Positions 42,040-45,574 of a stretch of 45,574 bases of DNA are shown here, piece by piece. Position numbers and translations under genes: made by a program. Positions within the stretch are counted from its first letter, which is position 1, and every line of letters begins with the position of its first letter. Location: the IMG/VR virus record IMGVR_UViG_3300045988_139688, one strand, 5' to 3'. Below the pieces are notes generated by a model that made no database searches, had not been told where the DNA came from, and worked only from the letters and a program-made list of their open reading frames with translations. This DNA comes from a virus.

Positions 42040-42944
42040 TATTGCCCCTCCAATGAAAAATATTTTGGCGTGAATGTTATAGCTACAGAGCTTAAAAACT
42101 TAGCAGCTGTTCCTCCGCTTGAATTTGAACCAGTTATCTTGATTTTATTGGTTCCTGGACGCAATCCAAAGAATGAACTGCTTAAATCTAAACCCTCTAA
42201 GTCCATTTTTTGGCTTCCAGAAGAATAGGAATAGAATCCATAAGAATCTGTGTCTAGTTCAGTATTTAGGGTGTATTGACCAGATATACTTTTGGACGAT
42301 TTAATCTTGAAGACATTGTCTTTCGTCAGGTAGGTATTACTGATTGTAATTCCAGAGGAAGCTGTCGAAGTTGTAAACCTCATCTCAAATCCAGTTGTAA
42401 CATCTCCAGGGTTTACAAAAGAATCTAAAGAAGAACCTGCTGAGTCAAAATCCAAGAATTGATTACATGGAGCAACTATGGAAGCAGGTATCTTCGTATA
42501 TTGTACCCTGATAGGCTTTCCTGCAAAGAGAGGGTAAGGACAATACAGTTCAATTTTAAACTTACAAATCAAATCATTATTGTCTTTATACTTACTACCA
42601 AACTCAACAGCTTTCTTTGCTCTACAGTTAATGCTTCTGCCTCGAGAGGTGAATTTCAGCTCATCCAGAGGATTGATTATTCTTGATAATCTAGCTTTCT
42701 TATCTTCCAGAGAGCCTTTTGGAACATTGATAACCCAGCCAGTAATAGTAATTGTTCTACCAGAATCTATTTGAACCGTGTTTATCTTCTCTCCAATCCT
42801 ATCAAAGATAGAATAACTTGATATAGCACTTTCCAAGTCCTCGACTTGTACCCCCTCGTCCTCAATCAAAAATTCAGCGTCCGACTGATTAAAATACAAG
42901 GTTGCTTCTTTTGTTGAATTATATATCTCAGCCTCACCAATCAC
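42039..42944 (-). CDS. Distal tail protein (Dit)
   Basis: 301 aa, first gene after the tape measure. Confidence 0.55.
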   Translation of the reverse strand: MIGEAEIYNSTKEATLYFNQSDAEFLIEDEGVQVEDLESAISSYSIFDRIGEKINTVQIDSGRTITITGWVINVPKGSLEDKKARLSRIINPLDELKFTSRGRSINCRAKKAVEFGSKYKDNNDLICKFKIELYCPYPLFAGKPIRVQYTKIPASIVAPCNQFLDFDSAGSSLDSFVNPGDVTTGFEMRFTTSTASSGITISNTYLTKDNVFKIKSSKSISGQYTLNTELDTDSYGFYSYSSGSQKMDLEGLDLSSSFFGLRPGTNKIKITGSNSSGGTAAKFLSSVAITFTPKYFSLEGQ

Positions 42945-42955
42945 ATTATCACCCC

Positions 42956-45574
42956 CTAGAATCCTTCAGCCAACTCTTTTTGTACTTTTTTAAACTCTCT
43001 GGCTGCAGTATTTTCATCAATTGGCTGCGGAGAGTAGAAGTTAAATGTATTTCCTCCAGAATTGCTTCTATTCCCTTCTTCGGAATACTCCTCATTTTCC
43101 TGTTTAGTCATAACTCTTTCACCCTTGTGGAGTACTGCTGCATATCCATCATAAGGCACATAGTCAAGACCTACAGACAAACGAGGCAGACTTAATCTGT
43201 CCAGCATTCCAATACTTACACCAGGAATACCATTGATAATATCAATGACTCCATTCACTCCATCAACAAAGAAATTAACTATGCTTTCAATTGTTGCTAG
43301 CACACCATTAATAGCTGATTTGAAAACGTCAGAAAAAGCATTTGCCACTGTTTCAGCTGCCTTAGAAAATATTGACTTTATGCCGTCCCACACCCCTTGA
43401 AAGAACTTCTTGATAGGGTTGAAGACAGACTTGATAGCACTATATGCTGCTTTGAATATTCCTTTGAACCAACTAGCCACAGAGCTAAAAATATCTTTAA
43501 TTCCATCCCAAAGCCCCTGGAAGAATGTTTTGATACTTTCTATAAATGATGTAACCCCATTAATTACTGGAGTAGCTATATTATCTAACCACCAGTTAAA
43601 TACTGTTGAGAATATTGATACAATGCTATTCCAAAGATTTTTGAAGAAATTAACAACAGAGGTAACAAAATTCGATACCGCATTAATAACTGGAGAGAGG
43701 ACATTATCATAGACCCAGCTAGCTGCAACACTGAACAAAGTTGTAATTATTTCCCAAATCTTTGCAATAATTTCGATTATCTTTTCTACAACAGGAACTA
43801 CTACAGAAATCACAGGCTCTAAAATATTGTCATAAACCCAAGTTCCCACATCTTCAAAGAATCCTGCTACAGTTTCTACAATGGTAGTTAACCACTCAGA
43901 AACTGTATCTATAAACCCATCAAAAGCTTCGGGAATTGTTTCGGTAAAGAATGTGGTTATATCTTCAATTGCAGAATCAAGATATTCAGAAACTGTATTA
44001 GAGATACTTGTAAAGAATTCCACAATAGACATCAGAGCATCTGATAACCAATCAGCAATACCTAAAATGGCTGATTTAATTGTATTCCACAAAGATACCC
44101 AAAAGTTTCTAAACCCTTCACAATTATTCCATAGGTAGATGAAGCCTGAAACCAAAGCAGCAATTGCAGTTATTACCAACCCAATTGGACCAGACACAAC
44201 AGCAAAAGCAGCTTTTAATAATTTAACCACAGAAATAACTTTACCTATGATTGTAATCAATGGACCTATTGCTGCAACAATTCCTCCAATAATAATTATC
44301 ATTTTCTGAGCTTGCGGACTTAAATTGGAAAACCACTTAGCAAAATTATTAACCGCTTCAAGTACATTCTTTAAAGTTGGGAGTAATTGTTCGCCTATTG
44401 AAGAAGAGAGAGTTTTAATTTGATTCCTTATCTCTGTAATTGTTGTACTTGAAGTAGAAGATGATATATCTTGCATATTTTGTGCTGCTCCTGAAACATC
44501 ATCATAGGCAGTGCTTACATTATTCAGGGAAGTAATTATTGCTAAGGCATTGTCTTCGCCTAAAGCAGACCAAGTGTTTGAAGCTACAGTCAGGGCTTCT
44601 TGCTTTGTCATAGTTGTACTCAAATCATTAATAATGGAATTGAATACATCCTGCACAGTTCCTTTACCATCCTTGTATGCATAAAAAAGATACTTCGTTT
44701 GGTCTGAAAAACTGGATAGGTTTTCTTCAATCCTTCCATCAGAAAGGGAGATTGTAAATTCTTTTACAAAATCATTTACTTTGTCCAGATTATAAGCTCC
44801 AGATTCCAAACCATTTTGAAGTATTGAAAACATTTCCTTGGCTGAGAATCCAGCTTGAGACCATAATTGGCCATATTCAGCCAAGTTATCTCCAAGTTCA
44901 TTTGTTTTATCCAGTCCATTTTGTGTTCCTGTTACAACATAATCCATTGCTTCTTGGGCAGAAAGACCGAAATTGACCATCAGTGAATTTACACCTCTTA
45001 AGGTCTCATTCATATCAATACCAAATGTTTTCTCAAGAACAATTGCTTGAGAAGCTACATCTGCCATTTCATTGTCAGATAGATTAGACATGTTCTTTCT
45101 TACCATGATAATTGCATCTGCAACTTCATCAAGGTCAGTTGTAACATTTTTTGCAAAGACCTCTTCTACCAATTTACCATTAGTAGTTGCTGCATCTCCA
45201 ACTTCTCCAAAATAGGTAGAAATTTTTGCTGTAGCACTCTCTACATCTATTGCAGATTTTAAGGCATATGTACCTACACCAGAAATAGGAAGAGATACAA
45301 ATTTTGTTAGCTTAGAACCAAATCCAGAAATTTTTTCACCAACAGACGTTAATTTTTTGCCAGTGGTTTCAATCTTATCAATAAATTTTTCAAACGCTGA
45401 AGTAGTATCTTTTACTTTATCTTTTTGTTCATCAAGTGGAGAACCAGACTCTTTGACTTTTTTGTTTAGGCTGCTGACCCTAGGTATCATACTAGAAAGC
45501 TTACCAATTGCAGTTCCTACTGCAGCACCTGCAGATTTTAATGTTTCGGTAAATCTTTCAAAAATTCCTTTGCT
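42956..45574 (-). CDS. Tape measure protein, main part (frame open to the right window edge; joins 120..533 in the circular molecule, about 1,010 aa in total)
   Basis: The 2.6-kb ORF stays in frame beyond the ATG at 45490 to nt 45574. It has a hydrophobic segment (IIIGGIVAAIGPLITIIG) and long arrays of W/F-periodic helical repeats (e.g. FFQGLWDGIKDIF / FFQGVWDGIKSIF). Confidence 0.85.
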   Translation of the reverse strand, partial: SKGIFERFTETLKSAGAAVGTAIGKLSSMIPRVSSLNKKVKESGSPLDEQKDKVKDTTSAFEKFIDKIETTGKKLTSVGEKISGFGSKLTKFVSLPISGVGTYALKSAIDVESATAKISTYFGEVGDAATTNGKLVEEVFAKNVTTDLDEVADAIIMVRKNMSNLSDNEMADVASQAIVLEKTFGIDMNETLRGVNSLMVNFGLSAQEAMDYVVTGTQNGLDKTNELGDNLAEYGQLWSQAGFSAKEMFSILQNGLESGAYNLDKVNDFVKEFTISLSDGRIEENLSSFSDQTKYLFYAYKDGKGTVQDVFNSIINDLSTTMTKQEALTVASNTWSALGEDNALAIITSLNNVSTAYDDVSGAAQNMQDISSSTSSTTITEIRNQIKTLSSSIGEQLLPTLKNVLEAVNNFAKWFSNLSPQAQKMIIIIGGIVAAIGPLITIIGKVISVVKLLKAAFAVVSGPIGLVITAIAALVSGFIYLWNNCEGFRNFWVSLWNTIKSAILGIADWLSDALMSIVEFFTSISNTVSEYLDSAIEDITTFFTETIPEAFDGFIDTVSEWLTTIVETVAGFFEDVGTWVYDNILEPVISVVVPVVEKIIEIIAKIWEIITTLFSVAASWVYDNVLSPVINAVSNFVTSVVNFFKNLWNSIVSIFSTVFNWWLDNIATPVINGVTSFIESIKTFFQGLWDGIKDIFSSVASWFKGIFKAAYSAIKSVFNPIKKFFQGVWDGIKSIFSKAAETVANAFSDVFKSAINGVLATIESIVNFFVDGVNGVIDIINGIPGVSIGMLDRLSLPRLSVGLDYVPYDGYAAVLHKGERVMTKQENEEYSEEGNRSNSGGNTFNFYSPQPIDENTAAREFKKVQKELAEGF
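45456..45574. repeat. Terminal direct repeat, right copy (identical to 1..119)
   Basis: Exact 119-nt identity with the window start. Confidence 0.95.

Noticed and set aside
1-45574. Lysogeny module, transposon or IS, or prophage boundaries
   Set aside because: I found no integrase, recombinase, excisionase, CI/Cro-type pair or att-like flanks. The terminal 119-nt repeat lies inside a gene and is best explained by contig circularity.

Overview
The window is a complete genome of a siphovirus-type tailed phage from a low-GC Gram-positive host (Clostridia/Bacilli-like). Host evidence is strong GGAGG ribosome-binding sites, a GH25+LysM endolysin, an XkdX-like protein and a SpoIIID-like regulator. 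The first 119 nt equal the last 119 nt, so the contig closes on itself (unique length 45,455 bp) and the tape-measure gene is split across the window ends.
Layout:
(1) Minus strand 1..10626: tape-measure N-terminus, tail chaperone, major tail protein, head-tail connectors, lambda-gpE-type capsid with decoration and scaffold proteins, Mu-F/SPP1-gp7-like protein, portal, tRNA-Gln(UUG), and large and small terminase.
(2) AT-rich control region 10627..11787: a late promoter followed by a 25-bp palindrome, two iteron families and an unwinding-prone core (putative origin).
(3) Plus strand 11788..32312: orphan early genes, a SpoIIID-like HTH, primase-helicase, family-A DNA polymerase, a Cas4-like exonuclease/Sak4/DUF669-type SSB trio, VRR-NUC and an SNF2 helicase. 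Two nucleotide-metabolism and DNA-modification blocks are interleaved: HD hydrolase, helical aGPT-Pplase-like protein, dCMP deaminase and MazG; then helical protein, P-loop kinase, Tmk-like kinase, ThyA-family hydroxymethylase and a HAD-like protein.
(4) Minus strand 32344..45574: a lone early-type gene, a self-contained 7-gene Cys/Gln-rich orphan operon, a sigma region-4-like regulator, the lysis cassette, an XkdX-like protein, fibre and baseplate genes with two tandem paralogous receptor-binding candidates, Tal, Dit and the rest of the tape measure.
A conserved ~65-bp promoter cassette recurs at least 7 times. No integrase, CI-type repressor, CRISPR array, IS element, reverse transcriptase or rRNA was seen.
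The best candidate for a novel system is the distributed DNA base-hypermodification gene set. Its hydroxymethylase carries the dCMP-type Asp specificity residue but sits beside a Tmk-type kinase and a dCMP deaminase. The orphan Cys-rich operon is second.
All family assignments are motif-level recognition from the translated ORFs and need HMM or structure confirmation.
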